Shown: positions 46,093 to 56,743 of the stretch, in pieces
How the letters are laid out: every line of letters starts with the position of its first letter
Position numbering within the stretch: position 1 is the first letter of the stretch
Assembly (NCBI GenBank): GCA_028873795.1
Contig: JAPPNP010000051.1
Coordinates: 71,641 to 135,640 of the forward strand
From: Chloroflexota bacterium
Lineage (GTDB): Bacteria; Chloroflexota; UBA11872
Direction: 5' to 3'
Length of the DNA stretch: 64,000 nt
Notes under the pieces: generated by a model
What the model saw: only the letters and a program-made list of their open reading frames with translations
Databases searched by the model: none
What the model was told of the DNA's origin: nothing
Program-made: the position numbers and the translations under genes

Positions 46093-46995
46093 ATGGCTAC
46101 TGCCGCGCTCGTACCAAGGCCACTGCGCAGCGCGCTCGATGTCCCCAGCCGGCGCGTGGCCTCCGTGTGGTACCAGGTGAGCCAAAACACCCTCACCGTC
46201 TTCGGCCTGATCCTGATCGCGGTCGTGGTGGTGTTCGCCATCTTTGCGCCCCTGATCGCCCCGGCGAATCCGGTGAGCGGCGACCTGCTCAACACCACGC
46301 AGCCACCGTCGTCGCAGCACCTCATGGGAACCGATCAGTTTGGGCGGGACATCTTTTCGCGGGTGGTGCACGGGGCGCGGGTCGACCTGGCGGTGGCGGG
46401 CATCGTGGTGTCTGTCGCGTTCGTGCTGAGCGTGGTGCTGGGCGCCCTGGCGGGGTTCGCTGGCCGGGTGGTGGACGAACTGGTCATGCGAGCCATGGAC
46501 GTGGTGTTTTCGTTTCCTCCATTGATTCTGGCCATCGGCATCGCGGTGACGATCCAACAAGGCGGCATGCTCAGCCTGGTGGTGGCGCTGACGGTCATCG
46601 CCATTCCGCCGATGGTGCGGATCACTCGGGCCGAGATTCTCCACCGCAAAGAGAGCCTGTATGTGGAAGCCGCCCGGGCCATTGGCAGTTCGCCATTGCG
46701 CGTCCTGGCGGTTCACCTCGTGCCCAACTCGCTGCCGCCGCTCGTGGTGCAAGCCACGTTGACGTTTGGCTACGTGATTTTGGAGACGGCGGGGCTGAGT
46801 TTCATCGGCGTGGGCGTCAAGCCGCCGGCCCCCGAGTGGGGCATCATGGTGAGCGAGGGGTCGCCCTACGTCCGTACGGGCGAGTGGTGGATCTCGCTGT
46901 TTCCCGGGCTCATGATCTTCGTAACCGTGCTCGGGTTCAATCTGGTCGGCAATGGCTTGCTGGACGTGCTCAACCCGCGGCGGCGCCGACAATGA
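46093..46995 (+). CDS. ABC transporter permease (DppC/OppC-like)
   Basis: BPD_transp_1 pattern; start ATG 46093. Confidence 0.75.
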   Translation: MATAALVPRPLRSALDVPSRRVASVWYQVSQNTLTVFGLILIAVVVVFAIFAPLIAPANPVSGDLLNTTQPPSSQHLMGTDQFGRDIFSRVVHGARVDLAVAGIVVSVAFVLSVVLGALAGFAGRVVDELVMRAMDVVFSFPPLILAIGIAVTIQQGGMLSLVVALTVIAIPPMVRITRAEILHRKESLYVEAARAIGSSPLRVLAVHLVPNSLPPLVVQATLTFGYVILETAGLSFIGVGVKPPAPEWGIMVSEGSPYVRTGEWWISLFPGLMIFVTVLGFNLVGNGLLDVLNPRRRRQ

Positions 46996-47990
46996 GCGCC
47001 AACGGCCCCCTGCTCCGCGTCTCCGAGCTTCAGGTGCACTTCAGCACCCGCGACGGCACTCTCGATGCCGTCGACCGCATTAGCTTCGAGATCGGCGCCA
47101 ACGAGATCTTCGGTCTGGTCGGCGAAAGCGGCTCCGGCAAGTCGGTCACCGCGCTCTCGATCCTCGGTCTCGTGCCTCCGCCCGGACGCATCGTCGGTGG
47201 CGACATTGTGTTTGGCGGTCGAAACCTGCGCGAGCTTCCGGAGCGCGTCTTGCGCACCATCCGTGGACGCGAGGTTGGGATGATCTTTCAGAATCCTCGG
47301 GCGTCGCTCGATCCGGTGCGCACCGTGGCGGTGCAGCTGGCCCGCGCACTCCGCGCCCATCACGACATTGGCCGAGCCGAAGTCCGCCGCCGGTCGGTTC
47401 GGATGTTAAGAGACCTGGGCATGCCCGACCCCGAGGCGGCGCTCACGAGATATCCGCATCAGCTCTCAGGGGGCATGTGTCAGCGCGTGATGGTCGCGAT
47501 GATGCTGTCCTCGCGCCCGCGGCTGTTGATCGCCGATGAACCGACCACGGCGCTGGACGAAACCGTGGGCGCGCAGCTCCTGGAGCACCTCCGGCGATTC
47601 AAGGAGGAGCAAGCCGCCTCGATCCTACTAATCACCCACGACATGGGCGTGATCGCCGAGATGTGTGATCGCGTCGGGGTGATGCACGCCGGGCACGTCG
47701 TCGAGGTCGGGCCGGTGGGCGCGGTCTTTCGCGATCCCCGCCACCCCTACACGCGCGCACTCTTGGATTCGACCTTGCGCATCGATCGCGACAGCCCACT
47801 GTCGGACATCGAGCGCATTCCGGGAGTCGTGCCCAACCTCCTGCACCCGCCGCCGGGCTGCCGATTTGCCGACCGCTGCGCGTACGTGCTGCCAGTTTGC
47901 CGGCCGGTGCGGCCAACGAGGCGTGAAGTCGCGCCGGACCATCACGTCCTGTGCCAGGAGACGGTTATCCGTGAATTCGCCGCTCCTTAG
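46992..47990 (+). CDS. ABC transporter ATP-binding protein (DppD/OppD-like)
   Basis: Walker A GESGSGKS, signature LSGGMCQR, C-terminal oligopeptide-ATPase extension. Confidence 0.8.
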   Translation: MSANGPLLRVSELQVHFSTRDGTLDAVDRISFEIGANEIFGLVGESGSGKSVTALSILGLVPPPGRIVGGDIVFGGRNLRELPERVLRTIRGREVGMIFQNPRASLDPVRTVAVQLARALRAHHDIGRAEVRRRSVRMLRDLGMPDPEAALTRYPHQLSGGMCQRVMVAMMLSSRPRLLIADEPTTALDETVGAQLLEHLRRFKEEQAASILLITHDMGVIAEMCDRVGVMHAGHVVEVGPVGAVFRDPRHPYTRALLDSTLRIDRDSPLSDIERIPGVVPNLLHPPPGCRFADRCAYVLPVCRPVRPTRREVAPDHHVLCQETVIREFAAP

Positions 47991-48987
47991 CGTCACCAAG
48001 CTGTTCAAGTATTTCCCGTCCCGAGGTCGGCGCGAGCTCCGTGGGACGCCCGAGCAGCTGCGACACGAAGGTCCGGTGCGCGCGGTGGACGGGGTGACGT
48101 TTGCGGTGCGCGCGCACGAGACCTTTGGGCTCGTGGGGGAGAGCGGCTGCGGCAAGTCCACGCTGGGGAGGTGCATCCTGCGGCTGCTCGAACCGACCGC
48201 GGGAACGGTGGCGTTTGGCGACGATGACGTGACGCAGGCGACCGGCCAACGGTTGCGCGAGCTACGTCGTCGGATGCAGATTGTCTTCCAGGACGCGGGC
48301 CAATCGCTGAGCCCGATGCGCACGGTGCGAGCCACACTGGCCGAGCCGCTGCGCATCCACGCCTTCGCCCGAGGCGAGGCCGCGGAGCGTCGCGTGCTCG
48401 AACTCTTGGGTCAGGTGGGGCTCGAGCCGATGCACCGCAGCAGGTATCCCCACCAACTGAGCGGCGGGCAGCAGCAGCGGGTGGCCATCGCACGCGCCCT
48501 GGCGACCGAGCCCAGCTTCATTGTCTTGGATGAACCCACGTCGGCGCTGGACTCCTCCTTGAAGCTCACCGTGGTCGATTTGCTCCAGCAGGTCCAGGAG
48601 GAGACCGCGGTTTCCTACCTGCTGATCTCGCACGACCTAACCATCGTGCGGCACACCTGCGACCGCGTGGCGGTGATGTACCTCGGGGCAATCGTGGAGA
48701 TTGGCGCCACGGCGCGAATCTTCGACGACGCCTTGCACCCGTATACGCAGGCGCTGATCGCGTCAATCCCGATCCCGGACCCATTCACCAATCGAGAGCG
48801 CGTCCTGTTGCCGGGCGAGCCGCCCAGCCCCGCCAACATTCCCACCGGGTGCCGGTTTCAGACGCGTTGCGCCTTCGTGATGGACCGGTGTCGGCACGAA
48901 GAGCCGTCGCTGCTGGAAGCCCAGCCGGGCCATCGGGTCGCCTGCTTCCTCTACGCCGAGGCCGAGCGCGAGGCGGCGCCAGCATGA
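47971..48987 (+). CDS. ABC transporter ATP-binding protein (DppF/OppF-like)
   Basis: Walker [10 protein letters not shown], signature LSGGQQQR; GTG start overlapping upstream gene. Confidence 0.8.
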   Translation: MNSPLLSVTKLFKYFPSRGRRELRGTPEQLRHEGPVRAVDGVTFAVRAHETFGLVGESGCGKSTLGRCILRLLEPTAGTVAFGDDDVTQATGQRLRELRRRMQIVFQDAGQSLSPMRTVRATLAEPLRIHAFARGEAAERRVLELLGQVGLEPMHRSRYPHQLSGGQQQRVAIARALATEPSFIVLDEPTSALDSSLKLTVVDLLQQVQEETAVSYLLISHDLTIVRHTCDRVAVMYLGAIVEIGATARIFDDALHPYTQALIASIPIPDPFTNRERVLLPGEPPSPANIPTGCRFQTRCAFVMDRCRHEEPSLLEAQPGHRVACFLYAEAEREAAPA

Positions 48988-51023
48988 GCCGGAGCCTGGC
49001 GGTCGACATTGGCGGCACCTTCACCGACCTGGTGCTGTTTGACCACGAGACACGGGAGCTGCGGGTCGCCAAATCGTCCTCAAGCCCCGAGTCATTGGCA
49101 GACGGGGTGCTGGAGTGCTTGGCCGGCGCCGGCGTGGATCTGGCTGAGGTCGCGTTCTTCGTTCACGGCACCACGGTCGGTCTCAACGCCATTCTCGAAG
49201 GCAAAGGCGTCCCGACCGGGCTGGTAACCACCCGGGGCTTTCGCGACGTTTACGCGATCGGGCGGATGGACAAGCCCGATATGTACAGCTACGTCTACGA
49301 GAAGCCCACGCCGCTGGTGCCTCGGGACCTTGTCTTTGAGGTAGACGAGCGGATCGACGCGTTCGGCGAGGTGCTCGCGCCGCTGAACACCGCCGACGTT
49401 GAATCCATGGCGGCGTCGCTCAGGCAGCACGGCGTGTCCTCGGTGGCGGTTTGCACCCTGCACGCCTATGCCAACCCGGCGCATGAGCTGGGGATTCAGC
49501 AAGTTCTCGAACAGCACATGGACGGGACGAGCATCTCGCTCTCGCACGAAGTGAGCGGGGAATGGCGTGAGTACGAGCGCACCAGCACCGTGGTGATGAA
49601 TGCCTACTTGCAGCCGCTGATCACGGCCTATCTGGAGGATCTGGGGCGCCAGTTGGCCCGGCGCGGGTATCGCCGCTCGCTGTATGTCATGCAGTGCAAC
49701 GGCGGCATCATGGACGCGTCCCTGGCCAAGGCTCGGTCGATCCAGACGCTGCTGTCCGGCCCGGCGGGCGGCGCGATCGGCGCCTCACAGGTGGCGCGCC
49801 GGCTCGGCGACGCCAACATGATCAGCCTCGATATGGGCGGCACCAGCTGCGACGTTAGCCTGGTCATCGACGGCGAGGTGGGGCTGACCACCGACACCGA
49901 GATCAACCGGCTGCCCGTGCTGGTTCCCATGCTGCAAGTGAAGGCCATCGGCGCCGGCGGCGGCTCGCTGGCGCAGGTGGAAGTCGGCGGCTCCTTGCGA
50001 GTCGGGCCGCAGAGCGCGGGCGCCCGGCCCGGCCCGGCGTGCTATGGACGCGGTGGACGCGAGCCGACCGTCACCGATGCCAACCTGGTGCTGGGGCGTA
50101 TCGGAGCAGAGACGTTTGCCCCTTTAGGCCTCGAAGTTCAGCCCGATCTGGCCGCCGACGCGGTGACGCGCGGGGTGGCGCGGCCCCTGGGCATGAACCT
50201 CGAGGAAGCGTCCGAAGGCATCGTGCGCCTGGTGACGAACCACATGGCCAACGCGGTGCGCGAGATCACCATCGGCCGCGGGCGCTCGCCCAAGGATTTC
50301 AGCCTGCTCGCCTTCGGTGGCGCCGGACCCATGCACGCGGTCGGCATCGCGCGGGAAATCGGCGTCTCCAGGGTCGTTGTCCCACCGGCGCCGGGGACGT
50401 TCTCCGCGTGGGGCATGTTGTTCGCGGACTTCCGGCAGGATTTGGTTCGAACCGTCGTGCTCCCCGCCGACGCCTGCTCGCTGGCTGAAAGCGAGTCGCT
50501 CTTCGCCGAGTTGGAGGCCGAGGGACGCGCCCTGCTCCTGCGGCAAGACGTGGTCGAGGAGTCCCACGAATTCGCGCGTCAGCTGGACCTGCGCTATCGC
50601 GGCCAAGAGCACACATTGACGTTGCCCGTGCCCCCGGCGGTAGCTGCGAGCGCGGTCAAGGATTCATTCGACGAGGCGCATCGCAGCGTTTACGGCTACG
50701 ACCTGGCCGAATCGATCGAGATTGTCAACCTGCGTCTGGCCGCGCGCGGCGCGACCGACCGGCCCGAGCTGAAGCCGATCGAGGCCGCCGAGCCCGGCTC
50801 GCGACCAACGGCCGGCCGACGGTCGCCGGTCTACTTCGAGGGCGCCTTCTGCGCCACGCCTCACTACGATCGCGCCGATTTGCGCGCCGGTCACACACTC
50901 CGCGGTCCGGCAATCGTCACGGAGGCCAGCAGCACCACCGTGGTTCCTCCGGGCGCGCGGATGTCGGTCGACGCCTACGGCTTCTTGATCGTCGACACGG
51001 ATGGGGGCGCGCATGGCGGCTGA
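48984..51023 (+). CDS. hyuA: Hydantoinase/oxoprolinase A subunit (HyuA family, ATP-dependent)
   Basis: N-terminal VDIGGTFTD and central DMGGTS acetate/sugar-kinase-fold motifs, ~680 aa. Confidence 0.75.
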   Translation: MSRSLAVDIGGTFTDLVLFDHETRELRVAKSSSSPESLADGVLECLAGAGVDLAEVAFFVHGTTVGLNAILEGKGVPTGLVTTRGFRDVYAIGRMDKPDMYSYVYEKPTPLVPRDLVFEVDERIDAFGEVLAPLNTADVESMAASLRQHGVSSVAVCTLHAYANPAHELGIQQVLEQHMDGTSISLSHEVSGEWREYERTSTVVMNAYLQPLITAYLEDLGRQLARRGYRRSLYVMQCNGGIMDASLAKARSIQTLLSGPAGGAIGASQVARRLGDANMISLDMGGTSCDVSLVIDGEVGLTTDTEINRLPVLVPMLQVKAIGAGGGSLAQVEVGGSLRVGPQSAGARPGPACYGRGGREPTVTDANLVLGRIGAETFAPLGLEVQPDLAADAVTRGVARPLGMNLEEASEGIVRLVTNHMANAVREITIGRGRSPKDFSLLAFGGAGPMHAVGIAREIGVSRVVVPPAPGTFSAWGMLFADFRQDLVRTVVLPADACSLAESESLFAELEAEGRALLLRQDVVEESHEFARQLDLRYRGQEHTLTLPVPPAVAASAVKDSFDEAHRSVYGYDLAESIEIVNLRLAARGATDRPELKPIEAAEPGSRPTAGRRSPVYFEGAFCATPHYDRADLRAGHTLRGPAIVTEASSTTVVPPGARMSVDAYGFLIVDTDGGAHGG

Positions 51024-52815
51024 CACAGTGACGATCGAGCTGATTCGCAACGCGCTGATCTCGGTCACGGGCGAGATGCGGACCAAGATCATGCGATCGG
51101 CGTTTAGCCCAATCATCTACGAGTCGCTGGACTTCTCCGTCGCGTTCTTCAACGAGCGGGCGGAGACGCTGGCCCAGGCCGACGGGCTGCCCTACTTCCT
51201 GTGCGACCTGCCCAACGCGGTGCGGGCGGTGATCGAGGACGTGGGCGGGGTCGAGCACATGCGCGCCGGCGATGTCTTTCTGGTCAACGACCCCTATCGC
51301 TGCTCGCAGCACCCGCAAGACGTGAGCATCGTCAAGCCCGCCTACTACCGGGGCGAGCACTTCGGCTTCACGGCGGTGCGCGTGCATCTGATCGACCTGG
51401 GCGGCAAGGCCGGTTTCGCGAGCACCGACGCCACCGAGATCTTCCAGGAGGGCCTGGTGATTCCGACGGTTCACCTGCACAGCGAAGGGCGGCTCAACGA
51501 GGAGATCGTGCGGCTGATGGCAGCCAACAGCCGCATGTCGCGATCCACCATGCTCGGCGATCTGCAGGCGCAGGTGGGCGCCTGCATCGTGGGCGAGGCG
51601 CGTCTCGTCGAGGTGATTGAGCGCTACGGCTTCGAGCTCTACCGCGAGTGCTGCGACGCGCTGCTGGTGCAGGGCGAGGCCTACGCCCGCGCCAAGGTCC
51701 GAGAGATCCCCGATGGCCGCTACGTGGCGGAACTCTTTCTGGACGACGACGGGGTCAACCGCGACGAGCCGGTGCACATCAAGGTGACCCTGATCGTGGA
51801 CGAGTCCGACATGGTGGTGGACCTGACGGGTTCGAGCGGCCCGTGCGCGGGGCCCTACAACATGAACCCGAACTACACCAACGCCATCTGCCGCATCGCG
51901 TTCAAGAGCCTGACAAGCCCACATCAGCCGTCCAACGAGGGGCACTCTCGGCCGGTTCGGGCGCTGGTCCCCGCCCAATCGGTTTTCAACGCCCAGCGGC
52001 CATCGCCCGTGTTCTGGGGATTCAAGACGGCGGGCACCCTGGTCGATTGCATCCGCCGCGCCGCCACCCAGGCGGTCGCGGCGCAGCCGGTGGCGGGCAA
52101 CTACGGGTGGAGTTGCGGCGCCCACGTATTCGGTGAGCATCCGGCTGACGGCAGCTTCTTCGCCATGGTGGACGAAGCCGGCGGCGGTTGGGGCGCACGG
52201 CCGGGCGCCGACGGCGAGGACGCCATGGTGATGGGAGGCATTCGCAACAACCCGGTGGAGGTCTCCGAGCGCAAGTTTCCGGTCAAGGTAGAGGCTTACG
52301 AACTCCGGGCGGGGTCTGGTGGGGCCGGAGCGTTTCGCGGCGGCCTTGGCGTTCGTCGCGCGACGCGCCTGCTGGCCGACGTGCGCCTGGTGGCGAACTT
52401 CGAGCGCTCGCAGTGCCTGCCCTGGGGGTTGCACGGGGGACAGCCGGGGCAGGGCAGCTTCATTGAGATTCACCACCCGGACGACCGCGTGGAGCGGATG
52501 CAGAAATGCACCAATCACGCGCTGCCGGCCGGGTCGCGCGTGGTCTATTTCACCGGAGGGGGCGGCGGATACGGCGATCCTCGCGAGCGCGCGATCGGTC
52601 GGGTGATGGACGACGTACGACGCGGCTACATCACGCCGGCTGAGGCGGAATCTGCCTATGCGGTGTGTGTCGACCAAGACATCGGTCGAGTCGACGAGGG
52701 AGGGACCCGGTCGCTGAGAGCCGGCCAAGGACGATCTGACGACGCAGGGGAGACAGCCACGGGGGGCGCCAGCGAGACGCGCCGTCCGCACGCCCGAGAA
52801 TCGAGGGAAGGATGA
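51013..52815 (+). CDS. hyuB: Hydantoinase/oxoprolinase B subunit (HyuB family)
   Basis: HyuB-like length and motifs; overlaps hyuA by 11 nt. Confidence 0.7.
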   Translation: MAADTVTIELIRNALISVTGEMRTKIMRSAFSPIIYESLDFSVAFFNERAETLAQADGLPYFLCDLPNAVRAVIEDVGGVEHMRAGDVFLVNDPYRCSQHPQDVSIVKPAYYRGEHFGFTAVRVHLIDLGGKAGFASTDATEIFQEGLVIPTVHLHSEGRLNEEIVRLMAANSRMSRSTMLGDLQAQVGACIVGEARLVEVIERYGFELYRECCDALLVQGEAYARAKVREIPDGRYVAELFLDDDGVNRDEPVHIKVTLIVDESDMVVDLTGSSGPCAGPYNMNPNYTNAICRIAFKSLTSPHQPSNEGHSRPVRALVPAQSVFNAQRPSPVFWGFKTAGTLVDCIRRAATQAVAAQPVAGNYGWSCGAHVFGEHPADGSFFAMVDEAGGGWGARPGADGEDAMVMGGIRNNPVEVSERKFPVKVEAYELRAGSGGAGAFRGGLGVRRATRLLADVRLVANFERSQCLPWGLHGGQPGQGSFIEIHHPDDRVERMQKCTNHALPAGSRVVYFTGGGGGYGDPRERAIGRVMDDVRRGYITPAEAESAYAVCVDQDIGRVDEGGTRSLRAGQGRSDDAGETATGGASETRRPHARESREG

Positions 52816-53786
52816 TTATCGACACGCAAGTCCACATTTTGGAGAAGGCCCACGCCAACGATCGCGGCGTTCGGATGCACTACACCTGGCACCCCATGTC
52901 GGCCGAGCTGCTGCTCGACGAGATGGACTACGCCGGCGTGGATAAGTGCTTCTTCATCAGCTACACGGCGGAGGACATCTGGCCGGACCTGGGCGACGCC
53001 TGGAACGACCCGGCCGCCAACCGCATCACCAAGGAGTATTTCCTCGACGCCCTGCCGGGGAACACCGATCGCTTGATCTGGTTCACCGATCACATCAACC
53101 CCGATCGACCGGGATATCTCGACCGGATCCGCGAGGACCTCGACGCGGGGGCCGTGGGACTCAAGATCTTCCCGGCCTATCGAGGCCACCTGCCTTCCGA
53201 TCCCGGGCTGCGCAAGGTCTACGAGATATGCGCCGAGCGCGACGTGCCGATCATCATGGCCTGGGAGCGCTGGAACGATCCGCGCCTGCGCGCCTGTGTC
53301 TCGGACTACCAGGAGTTCCTCGACCTCTTCGAGCCAGTCGCGCGCGATTTCCCGACGGTCAAATTCCTGCTGACGCATTGGGGCTGCTTTACTTGGGGCG
53401 ACCTGTGGCTGCAGAACTGCCGCCCGCCGTTTCCGCTGCTTGACCCGTTCGTGCGGTTGCTGAACCGGCACGAGCATCTCTACACCGACATCGCCGCCGT
53501 CACGATCTTCTTTGGCGATGAGATGGCGTGGACCAATGGCCGCATGGAAGGCCCGGAGTGGGAGTATCCGTACGCCAACGGACTCGCCCTGCTGGAGGGT
53601 CTCGTCCGGGGCGCGGGCGCGGAGCGGGTCATGTGGGGCACGGACTGGCCGTGGACCGACGGCCGCTGCACCTACAAGCAAAACCTCACCATGGTCTCCA
53701 CGCACGCGGACTTCCTGTCGGACGAGGAAAAGCGGCTCGTGCTCGGCGTCAACGCGGCGAAATTCGCCGGGCTGTCGATCGACTGA
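52812..53786 (+). CDS. Amidohydrolase-2 family metal-dependent hydrolase (TIM barrel; ACMSD/LigI-like)
   Basis: N-terminal IDTQVH metal-binding HxH-type motif, later His and Asp (TDWPW) ligands. Confidence 0.65.
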   Translation: MIIDTQVHILEKAHANDRGVRMHYTWHPMSAELLLDEMDYAGVDKCFFISYTAEDIWPDLGDAWNDPAANRITKEYFLDALPGNTDRLIWFTDHINPDRPGYLDRIREDLDAGAVGLKIFPAYRGHLPSDPGLRKVYEICAERDVPIIMAWERWNDPRLRACVSDYQEFLDLFEPVARDFPTVKFLLTHWGCFTWGDLWLQNCRPPFPLLDPFVRLLNRHEHLYTDIAAVTIFFGDEMAWTNGRMEGPEWEYPYANGLALLEGLVRGAGAERVMWGTDWPWTDGRCTYKQNLTMVSTHADFLSDEEKRLVLGVNAAKFAGLSID

Positions 53787-53900
53787 GGGCTGATCGAGGC
53801 CGGAGTATCGACCGCCGCGGTGATTTGTCCCGGGCGCAGGTCGCCGCCGCCGAGGTCGACACGGGCTCCGGCCTTGGTCAGAACGAGGACACGCCGAGGT

Positions 53901-56741
53901 CTACTCGTCTCCGAACTTGATGGCTTCATGCGCGCGGATGCCCCACAGCCTCCGCATGGTCACAGTCAGCACCAGCGCGAGCGCGATGCCGAGCACAACG
54001 AATAGCTTGCCCAGGTCATCCCACGCCGTGATGGCCACGAACGGAGGCGTTCTGTCCAGGCGCTCCTCGTGAAGCTGCATGAAGGGAGTGAACAGCGCGC
54101 CCGTGACGATCCCCAGCGCGGTGCCGGCCGCCGTCCCCAGCACCACCAGGAATCCGTGCTCGAACATCATGAGCGCCACCATCTGGCGCCGCGCAATGCC
54201 CATGGCGCGCAGAATTCCGAATTCCGGGAGCTGACGCCGGAACGATATGAGCGCGTAGGCCGCCAGGCTGGCCACCGTCAGCAGTACCGAAATCACAAAT
54301 CCGGTCGTGAGAATCCCGAACGTTCCGATCCGGGTGGCGTCGTCGCGGGCGCTTGCGAGCAGCTCGCGCGCGTCGAGAGCCTTAATCACGCGGAATCCCA
54401 GCTCTCGCAGGCCGCCGACGAGCTTGCCGGCTCCCACCTCAGGTCGCAGTCGCGCCAGGACGTTCCACGGTGATTCACCCAAGGTCCGTTCGAGGTGTCC
54501 GAGATCCGCCACCGCGAAAAAGCCCTCATTGGGAAAGTGGGTGGGGAAGGTGTCGATGACACCCGCGACAAAGAACCCCAGTTCGTCCTCGCCTACATCG
54601 ACACTGACAGGGTCACCCACTTGCAGATCGGGGAGCTCCGCCAGGAGACGCCGATCGACCAGCAAGGTCCGATCGTCGGTGATCATTGCGTTCATCAGCG
54701 CTTCGAGTGACGCGGGTGCGAAATCGCGGCGCCACCACGCCGTTTGGGCAAACGGACCCGGGTCCACGCCGTAGAGCGTCACCGGGCGTGAGTAGGCCAG
54801 CGGTCCGCCCGACAGCCTGACCACAGCGTCATCACGCCAGAGGCGAGCCGCCCGGTCCACCGCGGGAGCGCCGCCGGCGGTGGCGTCCAGATGCCCCTCG
54901 ATCGGGGGCATGTGCCAGATCTGCTGGTTGTCGTCGAATTCGCCGTACTCCTCGAAGAGAGCGTCCGCGCCAATCTGGTAATACGCGCTGTCTTCCAGAT
55001 TGCGGTTGATAGTGGCCGCCATCGATGCGCTGAACGTCCCGGTGGCAAAGGTCAACATCAGCAGGATCATCAGGCCGGTGAATGGACCGGTGCGCCGCCC
55101 CATCTGCCGCAGGCCCAGAAACAACACCACGCCATCCATGCGAGATCCCGCCCAGATCAGGAAACGGACGATCCAGGGGACCAACCGCAGGAAGACCAGG
55201 GCGCCCGCCAGGATGAAAACGATGGGGATGAGCACGAGCAGGGCTTGTGCGAAGGGTTGGGCCTCGGGACCGAGGTCCGGCAGGGCATCCCAGCTGCGCA
55301 GCGTGGCGTACCCATAGAGCGCCAGCCCCAGCAGCCCGAGGTCCAGAAAGAACCGTTGATAGAAAGGCCCGCGCCGGATCCGCGCGACCTGCTGTCGATG
55401 ACTCACGACCGATCGACGCGCAGCGCCGATCACCGGCGCCAGCATGGCAAGAATGCCCAGCCCGGCGGTGGCCGCGGCCAGCACATAGTGGCCTGCCGTC
55501 AGCTCCAGTCGCAGGTCGGGCCGATTCGTAAACTCCAGGAAGCCGAGCGTCTTGCCCATCGCCTGGGCGATTCCCATGCCCAGGAAGGGCCCCACGGCGA
55601 TCGCCAGTCCGGCCAGCGGCAGACTCTCCAAGAGATAGACGGCGACGACCTGCCGCGTGCTGGCGCCACGGCTCTTGAGCACGGCAATCTCGGTGCGCTG
55701 CCCGTCTACGACCATCCCGGTCGAGAGCGCCATGAAATAGAGGACGAGACCCACGACGGGCGCGCTGAGGACGAACAACGTGAGTTCGACCGTCGTTCGC
55801 TGCTGGTCCGCGGCGACCAGGATGCGATCCAGTCTGGTTTCCACGCTCGCGTTTGGCGCAATGGCTTCCGCCAGCGGGTCAAGTCGTCGCAATCCGCTGA
55901 TGATGCGCTGGTAGTTCGCGGCGCGAATGGCGTCGGGGTCGAAATTCGAATACCAGGCCGCCTCACCGTAGAGACTGGGTCGAAGGACGAGGAGTCCGCT
56001 CACGAAGGCGTCGCGGTCAACGATCACCGCGCCCTGGTCGAAATCGTCCATCTGCTTGAACCAGTAAATCGAGTCGGGGTCCCTGGGGACGAAGCGGCCC
56101 ACGATTTCGACGCTGATGAAAAATGACCCGGTGGCGCGGGCGTCGCTGTGGGTCAGCTCGACGCGGTCGCCAACCAGCAGACCATGGTTGTCCATCGCGC
56201 GCGACGACATCATTCCTTCGAGGAGCGCAAACCGCGCGCCGGATGTGTCCCGGGCCGTCCTGACCAGATCCGTCGGCAGCCGCCCTTCCAGCAGCTCGAC
56301 GTTGTCGGCCATCCCCGTCACCGCAGCGAGGAACCCAAAGATAAATGAGGACGGCCGCAGTGGCTCACCCGTTGGCGCAAACGCTTCGATGGGCATCCGA
56401 TCCGACTCGAGATAGCTCACTCGTTGGCGCTCGGGCAGTCCGACGAGGTTGGCTAGCTGCGTACCCAACGCCTCGGAGGCGCGCTTATACCCCTCTCGCC
56501 CCATCGCCGGCTGGCGGGTCTGGCCTTCGGCGTGGCTCACGACGACACTGGACGCCAACGGGAGACGCGCGTGCTCGATCTCACGTCTGAGCAGGGCATC
56601 GCTGAAGCCCGCGGCAAAGAGCGGTACCGCGGTCACCAGGGCCACGCTGGCCCACATACCCACGGCCACGATCAGCATGGCGGGCCCACTGCTTCGCAGA
56701 CGCCGGAAAACCAGAGCCGCGAGCGCCCGCGGGAAGGTCAC
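53901..56741 (-). CDS. Large ABC-transporter permease with two FtsX-like 4-TM modules (YbbP/MacB-permease type), no ATPase domain
   Basis: 946 aa; two repeated (TM1 - large extracytoplasmic domain - 3 TM) units. Confidence 0.7.
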   Translation of the reverse strand: MTFPRALAALVFRRLRSSGPAMLIVAVGMWASVALVTAVPLFAAGFSDALLRREIEHARLPLASSVVVSHAEGQTRQPAMGREGYKRASEALGTQLANLVGLPERQRVSYLESDRMPIEAFAPTGEPLRPSSFIFGFLAAVTGMADNVELLEGRLPTDLVRTARDTSGARFALLEGMMSSRAMDNHGLLVGDRVELTHSDARATGSFFISVEIVGRFVPRDPDSIYWFKQMDDFDQGAVIVDRDAFVSGLLVLRPSLYGEAAWYSNFDPDAIRAANYQRIISGLRRLDPLAEAIAPNASVETRLDRILVAADQQRTTVELTLFVLSAPVVGLVLYFMALSTGMVVDGQRTEIAVLKSRGASTRQVVAVYLLESLPLAGLAIAVGPFLGMGIAQAMGKTLGFLEFTNRPDLRLELTAGHYVLAAATAGLGILAMLAPVIGAARRSVVSHRQQVARIRRGPFYQRFFLDLGLLGLALYGYATLRSWDALPDLGPEAQPFAQALLVLIPIVFILAGALVFLRLVPWIVRFLIWAGSRMDGVVLFLGLRQMGRRTGPFTGLMILLMLTFATGTFSASMAATINRNLEDSAYYQIGADALFEEYGEFDDNQQIWHMPPIEGHLDATAGGAPAVDRAARLWRDDAVVRLSGGPLAYSRPVTLYGVDPGPFAQTAWWRRDFAPASLEALMNAMITDDRTLLVDRRLLAELPDLQVGDPVSVDVGEDELGFFVAGVIDTFPTHFPNEGFFAVADLGHLERTLGESPWNVLARLRPEVGAGKLVGGLRELGFRVIKALDARELLASARDDATRIGTFGILTTGFVISVLLTVASLAAYALISFRRQLPEFGILRAMGIARRQMVALMMFEHGFLVVLGTAAGTALGIVTGALFTPFMQLHEERLDRTPPFVAITAWDDLGKLFVVLGIALALVLTVTMRRLWGIRAHEAIKFGDE

Positions 56742-56743
56742 GG

